Assembly: GCF_018977255.1 (NCBI RefSeq)
Contig: NW_024704757.1
Coordinates: 15,748,001-15,812,000 of the forward strand
DNA length: 64,000 bases
DNA from: Callorhinchus milii
Taxonomy: Eukaryota
Reading direction: 5' to 3'
Shown here in pieces: positions 13,293-26,300 of the stretch. The translations under genes and the position numbers were made by a program. The notes beneath the pieces were generated by a model. That model was given only the letters and a program-made list of their open reading frames with translations, had not been told where the DNA came from and searched no databases. Each line of letters opens with the position of its first letter. The stretch's first letter is position 1.

Positions 13293-14030
13293 ACAACAAC
13301 ATGATTGCATTTATAGAGCGCCTTTCACGTCGGGAGGACAGTTACTGGACAGTTGGGTCAGGACCCGAGCAAGGGGCAAATGGTCAGGGTGAGGGGAGGG
13401 AAGGGAGGGAGAGAGGAGGGGGTAGAGAGTCAAGAGGGTCGCTGAAGGCACGGTTGAAGAGAAAGGTCTTGAGACCGGCCTTGAAGGAGGAAAGGGAGGA
13501 AGCGGCAAAGGCACTGGGGATGGAGTTCCAGAGCCTCGGGGATGAGAGGCTGAAGGCCCAACCACCGATGGTAGGGCGGTTGGGGCGGGGGATGTGGAGC
13601 AGACCGGAGCCAGAGGAACGGAGGGTACAGGGGGGTACGTGGAGGGATAGTAGGTCGGAGAGGTAGGAGGGAGCGAGGCCGTGAATGGCCTTGTAGGTGA
13701 TGAGGATCTTGAATTCGATCCTCTGGGGGAGTGGAGGCGAGCGAGGGCGAGAGTGATGTGGGCGCGAAGCCTGGTGCGGGTCACTACACGAGCTGCAGAG
13801 TTCTGAATGACCTGCAGTGTGGAGGGAGGGCCGGGAAGGCCGGTGAGGAGAGAGTTCCCGTAGTCCAGCCTTGAGGTGATAAAGGCGTGGACCAGTTTCA
13901 GCCGCGTGAGGGGTGAGGTAGTGCCGTAGTCTGGTGATGTTCCGGAGGTGATGGAAGGCGGTGCCAGTTGTGGAGCGGATATGGGGGAGAAAGGACAACT
14001 CAGGGTCGAACAGAACACCGAGGTTCCTGA
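13293..14030 (-). mobile_element. 5'-truncated L2-clade LINE (RT C-terminus + 3'UTR)
   Basis: Frameshifted peptides [88 protein letters not shown], typical of L2 ORF2; (TTG)n tail. Confidence 0.9.
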
Positions 14031-14380
14031 CCGGCTTTGAACAGTCAATACAATGAATAAACTGACATCAAGTCTGTGCTGAAGTAACGGTATTTTATGT
14101 GGCAGAGAATACAGAAGAAAAATATTGCAATTTGACAACAACGGGGAAAACGGTTTTGTAGGCACTTTACAAAAAATAAGAAATTTTAAAAATCCTCCAA
14201 TTCCTTACACCTCCACTGTCTGTGGTCCGGAACGAGGGACATCAGGGGGTTCCCAAAGGATGACTGACCTCAGATGACCTTAAGGAGCGGAGCAGCGAAA
14301 CCTGAAGGAATTTATTTCAACTGCAAACGAACAATGGGATAATTACACTTCACAAGAAGTGAGCCAAGGCTGACTGATAC

Positions 14381-17300
14381 TCAGCTCCTCAGCTTTTGGT
14401 TTTTCAGCCTGGCGCTGACTCTCCTCGTTATTACTTTGCTTGCGGCGACAACGTTTCCAGTTGACCCCCCTAATATTCCCTCTTCCTCCGATTCCTTGTC
14501 ATTCCTCGTGGGAGGCTCCAGATTTTCTTTGAAGTGTCCTCTCTGGGCTCGGCGCGACCCCGACGCAAGCCGCCCCTCCTGCTTTCCTTTGTTGGCCGCG
14601 CTCACATCCCGGTCGCTGTCCTCGCTCTCCTGGGGATCAGTGGCAGAATCTGCCTCCTGGTTTCCCAGCAGGTCATCGCGGGGCAGCACAGTGTGGGGGG
14701 CTTCGTCTCGCGCTCTGTCAGACGCTGCAAGCGATTTGCCCGACACTTCAACCTCCATTGCCTCATCTTGTGGATCAGGACCACTAACAGGAAAAGCCAA
14801 GATTTCTTTTTAAAAAAATGAGAACCCAAAATTTGCACCACCCAATTGACGCACAACAGCTCATTAACATCAGTTATTTATCGGCATTTTTACCAGTGTT
14901 CACCCTACTTACCCCCTCTTCTCCAACAGCAACCATGCGCAGTTTTAACAAAAAACCTCAAGGGCAGTTGACTGAATTGCTACATAGAAATGCGAAATAT
15001 CTGCAGCAAAACCACAAATCTAGGACTGCCGAGGTGTAGAGACACAGAACATAGTCAAAGATTCCCAAACCTTCTGGTATCAAATTACAGTAAATTATTA
15101 TAAAGACTAGAATCTTTCCCCCATTTCTCAATCCACTCGTTAAAGACCTCGGTCCCACATTTACTTCAAGCTCCCAGCACGACTCCTTGCTTCATCCAGC
15201 GTGCAGACCCTTTTAATATGGTTACAAATTACTTATTTACAACGTACATTATTATAAATCACTTCACAGCCGCTCAGCCGCAGAGCGTATCGTGTTGAGC
15301 TGTTAACCAGCTGTTTGTAGATTCCTGACTCGGCTTCACATACAGCAGCACCGAGCATTTGTGACTGATTCACTCTCAACACGTCCAGTGCCTTAGGGCC
15401 GTTTGTGTTGTACAGTAGATTACAAGCATTTTGTGTGTGTCTATGCGCGGGAGTCTGTACTAACTTGGGCCCAGCGAAACACAGCAATTTACTGTTTTCG
15501 AGCGTCATTGGAAAGAAAAGAGGCTTCTCATCCACAGCACCACCCAACTGAACACAAGCCCCGGCCACACTCCTCTCCTCCCCAATTACTACGTACCTGA
15601 ATTTGCCGGCCAGTCTCATGTTCTCCCACATATAGTCCAGAAACATGGAGGTCTGCAGCAACCTGCTGATCCTTTGAAAGTGTCGATCTGCAAACGTGTA
15701 ATAACAGGGCAGGGTTTTGGTCAACAGCAATAGAGCAATCTCTCTATGGTCAAGTGCTATCAGCATCTGGCTAACCAGTCTCATCAGAAAAAATGCAACA
15801 GCCTTTGAAGAGAAGGGAAAGGCAAATATTGACTTGCAGATTGCAGCGGATAAATATTTTGTCATCCGGAGGTGACAAGGGTGAAAGAATGAGTTCAGAG
15901 ACAAATTTGTGACTGAACATTCATCTCTGGAACTCCATCCCAGAGACTCTGTGCCTTAACTCCCTTCCCTCCCCCCACTTCCTGCCTTACAACCCATCTA
16001 TTTAAATGCGCTTTTAATCATTATTATTATTATTATTAAATGCGCTTTTAATCATCTCCTCCCACCCCACTGGCAAGGCTCCCAGTCGATTGTGTGTAGC
16101 GCTTTGAGACATCCATCCCACCATGAAAGGTGCTACATAATTGTGAACTGCAGATAATTATTATTATTATTATTATTATTATTGCTGGTGAATCAAATAT
16201 AAGTGCAAGAAAAAAAGTGACTTGCGCTAATCTTTTTGGATAAGAGCAAGAGGCACTGTATACACCACCTACCCTCACAGTCCAGTCTCATTACGCAGTG
16301 ATGAGTTAGTTCCACCATCAGTGTGTTCACTGTTAAACCAAGCGCCCATATACTTACTTCGAAGCGCTTTGAGACGTCTCAACGACGTTACATCAAATGT
16401 CAAGGATTATTGTCATTACTATTATTATTTGACTCGACCAACAAGGGGCAAAGGTTGAGCAATTACCTGTATAAGGGAGGAGGCCCTCAACTGCAGCCTT
16501 GATGCCTCCGAACTGAAGTAGCTGCTCCGGAGTCTCGTGCTTTAACAGGATCTGGATGACAGTCTGGGCCTCGTGACAGTTTCGAGAGTTTGTGTTCCAC
16601 ACTGTGGTGAACTTCAATACAGCCTCTGGTGGTAGTGGTGGGGGGAAGAAACATTCTCTTTAACAACGACAACAACTTGCATTTACACAGCGCTCCTCGC
16701 GCAGGGTAGCGACCCAGAGAGCTTGAAGCGCTATTGATGAACACGTCGCATGTCACGCACACACACATATATATATAAACATATATATATAATAGAAATA
16801 ACATCAGGATTTTAGTCTCATTTATAAAAGGTGAGATTTTGACCAAATTGATAGCAACTGGCAAAGACATTCCCTTCACTGTTTTGTTTGGGTCAACCGG
16901 GCATCTGACACATGTGGAAACCCACCACCGCGCTCACAGGAAATTCCCGAGTGGTAATAATAACCATCCTTACATTTGATATGTCTCAAAGCGCTTCACA
17001 GAATATGTTATAAAGTGAATTGACTGTATATTTGCGGGTGAAACACAGCAGCCAATTGTGCACAGTGATGTCCCACAAACAGTTGTGGATTGAGTAACCA
17101 ATTGATTGATCGATCGATTGATTTAAGGGATTATTAACTCCGCAAAAGCAATCCGCCAATCAACTAACAACTGGGTTCCTACTTACTGCTAGGTAAACAG
17201 AGGTATGTGTGTGTGGAGTAGGGAAACTTGCCCAATGTTTTGCCCTGGCCAGGAATCTAACCCAGATGTCTCACTTGCAAGGCGAGTGCTCTAACCACTG

Positions 17301-20300
17301 AGCTACAGGACTCCACTGCAGTTCATGTCAACTCATCACTATTTGCAATGCTGCCCATTTGCCACTGAATGCCTTCAGCTGAAGTCCACTTTTGTTTTAA
17401 ACATTTCGCCCTGCCAGGGATAGAACCCAGGTCTCTTGCTTGTGAGGCGAGTGTTCTAACCACTGAGCTACAGGACTTACTAACGGAGTGGAAGGTGTAC
17501 TCTCACTCTCTCTCCCTGGCAGGACACATCCTGCTTACATACTTCCAAAGTATTAAGCGCAAGCTGCTGAGAGCCAAGGCTTAGGAGAGCCCAGAGTGTG
17601 CACTGGGATAACTGCTGGGAGTCAAACCAAGTAAAACCGCAAAGCTTGCCATTATATCACTACCTGGAACGCTTTCCTAGGCTTGTGCACGGTGACAAAG
17701 GGTTGAAATACCAGAGACTGCATCAGTCACGTAGCCAACAATTTTAAAGTTTAAGGGAATGTGTTTGTTTCCTTTTGGAAATCTTGACAGCTTCCTTGTT
17801 CCTTGTCGGCAATTTGTTACACATCACACTTTTACAAGAAACACTACACTTCCTATTCATCTTAACTGCCCTCGGCATTTATTTTTGGTAACTTGCAGGC
17901 AGTAGTAAAATTTCATCCAGATTTTTTCAACCATCTATCGAACCCACCGTGACCCTCAGTTTTTTCAGAAATTTTCCAATATCTCAAACCTTGTCTATGT
18001 CAACAAGTCTTTACTCGATGCCTTTGCTACTCCCAATTTTGTTTGCAAGTCTCCTTCAGTTCCTCAAGACTGTCCCACCACCTCCTTACGCTAAACAATA
18101 CCTTTCTGGTCTGGTCTCAGTTTGAGGATCGTTGCTTCCAGCCTCTCTCCGTCATTAGATTCTCCAAGAATAGCTTCAAAAATGGGAAAAGAGTACGAAG
18201 GAACAATTTTAAGAATCGAAAAAAATTAAATATTTTAACGTCGCACTTTTAAACCTTGCTCATCTTAAGATGATTGATTAATTGATTGTCTGAAAAGTAG
18301 CTGGAATATGAACTAACTCTTTCACTGAACTGATGTAATTAAAAAGAACATTTAACGGAAGAATTAGGCACTTGATTGCACATTGTAAAAAAGTTTAAAA
18401 AGTATTTTTTAAATGGATCATCAATTTCCTCCTTAAATTCAATTATCCTTATCAGATTTTGTGTATAAAGGATTTGCTGTGTAGCTTATCACGTCAAAAC
18501 GTCTCAAATCACTTCACAGGAATTACAGGATGTACAGTGTAGTGATTGTATATTTTATAGGCAAACATAGCAACCAATTTGAGCACAGTATGTTCCATAA
18601 ACAGCCACAAACTGAATCACCATTCTTATCTTATCTGCAGGTTTGTTGGCCAATACACCATAAGAAACCCCCTTCAATTTTCGAACTGTGCCAAGGGAGG
18701 TTTTAACGTCCAGCTAAACGGGCAGACAGTATCTCAGTTTAATGTTTAAATCCGGCTTTTAAATAAACAAAAAGAGACTTTAAAAAAAATAAAGGATTGT
18801 GAAATTGATATTGCTGTGTCAATACAAACTTCAGGTGACTGTATTCCGTACTAATATTAACTTACATAACACATGAGGTGTGTACAATACACACTTAGTA
18901 GGAAACTGGGTAGGATATTCACAGTTGTCAATTAATGGGCTGGCAGCAACCAGCAGTCATCAATTAAACTGTCATCAACAAAGTTTGTAGCACACGAGGC
19001 TGCCATTCAGGCCATCGCCCTTGTGCTGATATTATTATTATTATAGCTATTTACTCTAATTTAATTAAAGGGCCTTTCCTTTTTTTCAAAAAATAGTGTT
19101 CGATAAACAAAATAATCTTAATTACCTCTAATCACCCGAAGAACAGTGTGCGGCTGATCTAATGAGATTGCCAATCCCAAAGCCTTTAGATAATTATTCT
19201 CGTGCAACATGTTTGACAATTCTTGTTGCCTAAGAAAAAGAAACATGAGAAATCTATTAGGTTCATAATCAGCAACATATCCATTTCTTGCTCAGCCCTC
19301 TGAACTCACCAACCCCGTGCCTCCAGTGATGTAAACACAATTACAAGCTCAACAACTAAATAATAATAATAATCTTTGCATTTGATATAGCACCTTTCAC
19401 GTCAGGATGACATCTCAAAGCGCTTCACAGGATTTTATTGCGAAGTCAAGTGACTGTGTATTTGTGGGCGAAACAGGGCAGCCAATTTGTCCCAGACAGC
19501 CACGAAGTGAGTGGACAATTTTAATATGTGGGAATGTTGGCATTCGCTGACCTTTTTCACGGAGGGCAACTCCTAATGAGCGCTTTGCGGAGACGGAGAA
19601 CAAGCGACGGAGGTAACTGTACGTACTGCATAAACCATCGGCTTTCAGGTGGCATTTAAAAGGAAAATAAGTAGAGCAAGGTGGAAGGTGGGATGACTTG
19701 AGCAGTTTCAGAGGGTGGGAGAATGCTGGCTGAAAGCTCAGGCGGCAGTGGTGGGGAGAGAGGATAGCCAAGCGAACCATGTCACAAGTGTTTATTAGTA
19801 AATAAAATGCCCACGTTTCTCATGACAAAATAGGACAACATTCTTCAAACCCAATGTGTAACTCACTGGTTAGAGCCAGTCAATCACAGGAGCTTAAAGC
19901 ACAAACCTGTTGGCATTCAAACCTCTCCTGTTCTCTCCCACCTAATACTCCTCGCATTTTTTGCATTTGACAAATCGCCTTATCACGTCTTCGACACGTT
20001 ATGTGATGTTAAAAATCGTGCAAAAATGCAGTTGGGTTTCCCTAAAACGGGTCACTGGCTGAGGGTATGTGGCATTATTATTTCTTGGGCAAAAAAAAAG
20101 AACAAAGTTCCTCCTTCTCCTCGACCGAACAATTTCAGGACCAAGAGGCCAGACAAATAACTCATTCCCAACAGCATGATAAAATAACGGCACCATTCAG
20201 CAATGCAATCTGTTTGTCATTTATTTATTTCTTACTGACTTATTTGGAAAGCTCTCTCCCTGAAAGCTTAAGCTAAATAACTGTACAAACAATGAGCCGG

Positions 20301-23300
20301 CATCCTACACACACACACACACACACACACCGAGCCGATAAATACACCCACGGCCAACGCAGCTCACCAGTCAACCATTGATACAGATAAAGGATGACCA
20401 ACAATTGTTGGACAAAATCTGGAAAGACTGTAATAAAGTCACTTACATTTCTCTCCTCTCAGAGCTAAGTTAAGAGAAATCGACCAACCGCTTGTGAAAC
20501 ACATTTGAAGAAAATAAAAGAATTTCTGGCTTTTTTGGTTCACTTACTTCAGAATCTGCTCTTCCTGTATGGCCTGTGCCTCAGCGAGCTCCGTCTCTGT
20601 CACGTCCTGAAATAAACGCACAAATAACACTTAATCGGGTGTATGTCTGGGATTGGGTTTCAAAAGTGGCTTGAAAGTGATGAATCGCTTGTTTTCATCC
20701 TCTCCCCTCTCGACGCCCCCCCCACCCCCACCAATATAACACAGGAGGTAACAAAGAGGGGAGGGAGAGAGAGAGAGAGCGTGAGAGAGAGAGCGCGAGC
20801 GAGCTCAAAGCACAGGTGATACCACAGATGTAACATCAGTGACTAAAGCCTTTAAATTATTTTTAGTTTAACCGCCGTCTCCCTCCTACCTTCCAGAAGA
20901 TGATAGACGAATCTGCCGAGCCAGTGACCACCAGATCGTCCCCCTTGTTACTGTGGAGGCCCCACACCTTGCCTTCATGGGCGTCTAATGTCTTCACACA
21001 CTCATTGGTTTTGATGGTCCACAGCTTCAGGAGACCATCAGACCCGCTGGAGACAACAACAAATCACATTTGTACAACAACAACTCGCATTTATACAGCA
21101 GCCTTCACGTGGGGTAGAGACCCGGAGAGCTTGACAGTGGCGGAGTCTGACCCCCGAGCAAGAGGGAGGTGACCGTAAGCACAATCGAAGAGGAAGGTCT
21201 TTAGGCGGGGTTTGAAGGTGGGGATGGAAGGACGGGACAAGGCGGAGGGAGGGGGCAAGGCGGAGGGAGGGGGCAAGGCGGAGGGAGGGGGCAAGGCGGA
21301 GGGAGGGGGCAAGGCGGAGGGAGGGGGCAAGGCGGAGGGAGGGGGCAAGGCGGAGGGAGGGGGCAAGGCGGAGGGAGAGAGGGGCAAGGCGGAGGGAGGG
21401 AGCAAGGCGGAGGGAGGGGGCAAGGCGGAGGGAGGGGGCAAGGCGGAGGGAGGGGGCAAGGCGGAGGGAGGGGGCAAGGCGGAGGGATTGTAGGAGAGAG
21501 TTCCAGAGTTTCGGGGCATAGTGGCTGAAGGCGCGGCCACCAATGGAGCGTGGAGCGATGGGGCCGAGGGATAAACAGGAGGCTGGAGCCGGCCGAGCGG
21601 AGGCAGTGGAGTGTAGCGCCTTTCACGTCAGAAGGATGTCCCAAGGGACTGATCACCAGAGAGACCAGAAACAAGCAATAGTAAAGCGCTGGTGGTGTGG
21701 CCCTAAGCGAATGCTGTCTTCCAATAGAAGCAAAAGGGCCTCCCAGTGAGGAGGCGAGGGCCCCGCTCTTGGCCTGTAAAGACGCTGGAGGTACCTTGAC
21801 AGGAGCTGAGTTCCGTGGCTGACGAAAATTATTTTCAAGACGGAGGCATCGTGGCCTTCGAAGGTCTGCAAACAACACAAATAAAATTCGGTTTGGGTTT
21901 GGTCATCATGTGGAAAATATCCTGCTCCTGTAAGCCTTGTCACAGCTACAGCAAAGGAGGTCCCTTCCCACAAAATGGCCCCTCTCTTTCTCAGTCACTT
22001 AACAGCAGCAGCAACAACACATTACATTTATACGGCGCCTTTCACATCGGGAGGACGTCCCAAGGTGCTGGACAGTCAGGAATTTGGACCTGAGCTGGTG
22101 GATGGGATCAGGAAGGGTGCAGGGCAGGGAGGATAGGGGCAGGGGCGTGACCGAAGGCGCGACTGAAGAAGAGGGTCTTGAGACGGGCCTTGAAGGAGGC
22201 GAGCGAGGGAGGGAGGGAGGCCAAGTGATAACTACCTTTAAGCACCCGAAGTCTTTGAGCCCCCAGAGTCTGATGGTGCCGTCTGCGGAGGAGGTGGCGA
22301 GGACCTGGTCCATGGGGGAGAACTGGACGGCCCAGATTCCGCGCTTGTGCCCCCGAAACACACCCAAGAGGGCAAGGTCAGAGGCTGAGAACAGCTTGGC
22401 CATTCTGTCCTGAGAGCCGGTGGCGATCAGTTTATTGTTGGGAGACACCACGATACTGTTTACATCCTGCGAGAAACAAAGGATGAAACGTGAACTCACT
22501 TTCCTCTCTCCATAGATGCTGTCTGACCTGCTGAGTCTTCCCAGAACAAAGAGTCGTTGGTGAATCATATTCCCATGTAAGAGCTTGAAAGGAAGGATGA
22601 TTGTGGTTCACCTCTCCCTCACAGGCAGGCAAACACAACGGTGTCTGGGCACCGGCAACACAATATCCCGAGGTCAGAAGAGACTTACTTTATCGTGTGC
22701 CTTCTCAGTCAGGTGAGCGTGGAGGACCTGGGGTTCTGCGATTTGCTCGCCCCCCTTGGCACTGACGGTGTCTGGGAGGTTCCACAGCTTAATGGTACAG
22801 TCCTGGCTCCCACTGACCACAAACCTGGCTTTCAACCTGTAATCGCACAACCTTCATCAGCCTTCAGGAGACTGGCGACCGAGTCGACAACAACATAAAC
22901 TTCTATAGGGCCCTTCACGTCGGCCGGCGTCTCTAAGCACTTAATCCCAAAGTCCACCCAAAACTCAATTTAGTGGAAGCTACAGCGAGCAATTCGGCAC
23001 TGTACATAAACAGCAAAAAAAAAAATGTGGTCACTCAATCTGGTGACACTGCTGTGTGCAATTGGCAGTAGCTTTTCACCCACAAAATACGTAGTCACTC
23101 CACTTTACAATATATCCTGTGAAGCGCTTTGAGACTTCTCGACGTCCCGCTAAGGCGCTGCATCAAATGCAAGGATTATTATTGTTATTGCTATTATGAG
23201 CAATTGGCAATAAACATACAGGAACAATCTACTGCAAGGATTATTATTTGTTTCCATTGAATCGACACAGCTCGATCGCCTTATGTAAGGGGCAGTGTAG

Positions 23301-26300
23301 TTTGGGTCATTTTTTTAATACTTTGACAGAAAGCGGGGTGAGAGTCAAAGGAAAGCAGGATCTTCCATACCGTGAACAGGATATGATGCCAACCCCATTG
23401 GCATGACCTTGACCCTGTGCCATGCAGATCACTGCTCCAGTCCCCTTACTCATCCTCCAGACTCGAATGGTTTTGTCCTGAAACGAGGAAGGAAAATGCC
23501 CGAAGTTTTAGTTGGTGTTGCAAAAAGCGGGTGAAATCCTGATCAGGTCCATCGTGTTTGAAAATATCCCGACTAGATACACAATGCAGAGAAATACACT
23601 AACCTTAGAACAACTAGCAAACATGGTGCCTTTATGAAACACATCCAGGGCTAATACAGTGTCTGAAAGAAAAAAAAGTAAACGTTCTGCTTACAATACA
23701 CAGCACAGATTTATTATTCAACAGTTCATGAGAGTAAGGTAACTTAGCATCTAGTTTGCCTACGAAACACACAGTCACTACAACTGCCAGTAAATCCCGT
23801 GAAGCGCTTTAAGACGTCAGTCAGCCTGACGTGAATTCAAATGCAAGGATAATTAGTATGTTTTCATTATTATTTGGTTTAAGTGTCAACAATAACCGCA
23901 TCAGTGTAGATGAAGTGAAAATAGTCAAATTGACCGGAGTAGGGCATTCAAAACTGGAACGATGCTTCAGTGGGGAAGGAAAGCTAAAAAAGAATGTATA
24001 TATTAAAAAAAACTATCTCCTTTGAATGCCATTTTGTCCTTAAAGTTGAATAAATTGTATGAAAGTGATTTGCTTGCACCAGTGCTGCTGAACAAACTCT
24101 AACCAGCTAAAACAGTGAAGGAAGCCTCACTGATAGTCCTGTTCGCAGTTAGTGTGAGACCATCGAAGTTCTGCCCTTCAAAAGGCATCAGTGCTCTGTG
24201 AAATATAGTGCGAGTGCGCCATACTGTGGCGTAAACATGTTACTACATGAGTGCGTGGGGGGTGGGGGGGTGGAGAGGGGGGGCGTGGGGTTGGATTCTG
24301 CACCACTGCATTTTGCCTTCTACTTTACTAAGGAGATAAATGTCAGTGAATATCACACAACATAAGCTTTGAAGATAGCAGACATTTGCCCGTGGAAAAA
24401 AATACTTTAAATTATGAAAAGCAGGACGACTGCGTATTTTGTGGGGGGGGGGGGGGGGGGGGGGGAGAAACGCGGCAGCCAATTGCGCACAGCAGTGTCC
24501 CACATAGAGTCGTGGATTGAGCGACCAAATTATGATGATTATTATTACACACACACACCGACAAGCTGGTAAATTTGCTGATCTAAGAAACATTTCCCCT
24601 CTAAAAGTGCTGTGCTGAAACCTACCGCACGCAGAGAGATCGTTAATAATTTAAGAAAGTACAGAACAAGCGAGTGCTGTTTTGCCGATAATACTACTAC
24701 TACTAATAATAATCCTTGCATTTGATTTAGCGCCTTATCACGTCTTCGAGACGTCTCAAAGCGCTTCACAGGACGTACCGTTAAGTGAATTGACAGTATA
24801 TTTTGTGGTGGACATCACCGCCGCTCTCTCTCTCCCAGACACAGGTAAACGTTCCAATCAGGTAGCGCTTGACACTCACCTGTGTGCCCGTAAAGGATCT
24901 GGCAGTTTAACGTGGCAAGCTCAAACACCTTGAGCTGTGGGCTGTTAGTGGCCACCACAATGTGTGTGTCAGCAGCTCCCAGGAACTTCACATCCAACAC
25001 CTCATCATTGTAACCTACAAACTAACAGTGAAGAGGGAAAAGAAAGCCTTAAAAACAGCGGTCTGCTCTTTCAATTTATGGTTATTTACAGATAATGAAC
25101 GGAACCTGTCCTTTGTTTATTGATAAACCAGCGACTTCTCCCTACAGCTACAGTACTATCTTAATATATTCTGTGTGCTCTGCACTGGTAGCACAAAGGA
25201 CTTCCTATCGGAAGCATTTCTGGGCTCAACCTTAAGAGGAAAAGGCAGAAGGGCAAATGATACCAGCATTTAGGAACATGGACCTTCACCCTCCAGTTTC
25301 CTACTTGTAGCTTTGCCCAGCTCGACAATGAAAAGCAATAGTGACTTGCCCCAGGTTATCCACTAGCAACGACGTCAAGTGCTTAAGCAACGACGTCAAA
25401 TGCTTAAGAAGCGCGTGATTAGCAAGGCTGAATTTCATCAACTAATGGACAACAGGTATAATGGGAACTGGATTTGCTTGAATTGCTGCGAACCTGCTGG
25501 TGGAGGGTCAGAGTGTGGAGGTCATGGAAGAGGATGTTGTGTTCGGCGGTGACTGTGGCGACGTGGTTTGTGGCTGGGACCAGCACACATTGGGTCAAGG
25601 CTCGAGTGTCTGTATCTTCGTCACTTTTCTTCTTGGGTCTCCCGGCTCTGGACTGGGAATAAACACATCTTCCCGAGCGAGCTTCCCAGACTCGAAGGAT
25701 CCCTTTGGGCAAAGAGAGAGAAAAGAAGCACGCCGTTCAATGCCAACGAAATAATAATAGTAATAATCCTTGCATTTGATATAGCGCCTTATCACCCCTT
25801 CGAGACATCTCAAAGCGCTTCACAGAATATACTGTTAAGTGAATTGACTGTATATTTTGTGGGAGAAACGCGGCAGCAAATTGCACACAGCACACAGACA
25901 GTCGTGGATTGAGCGATCCAATTATTTTATTTTTTAAAGAGATTATTACCCCCTGAAATTGACTCGCAACTTTTAAATGCATGGCCTCTGCAATCTGATT
26001 TCAAACAAAAGTATTGGTGTAAACAACAACAAATGACATTGACATGGCGCCTTTCACGTCAGGAGGACATCCCAAGGCGTTGGACAGTCAGGGATTTAGA
26101 CCCAAGCAGGGTGATGGGATCAGGAGGGGTGGAGGGTAGGGAGGGTAGGCAAGGTGAGCTGTGTAAGTAAAAATTTGGCACCTACCTTTATTGCCGGCAG
26201 TGATAAAATGATGATCTTTACCCTTCACCCCCAAGGCAGAGAAATCTCCATCTGCTGGCAGCAAAACTACTGCTTCTACAGTCTGGTAACGGGGCAAAGA

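Noticed and set aside
25365-25408. 21-bp tandem duplication containing GACGTCA
   Set aside because: A two-copy slippage event in a TBL3 intron; the CRE-like match is plausibly chance.
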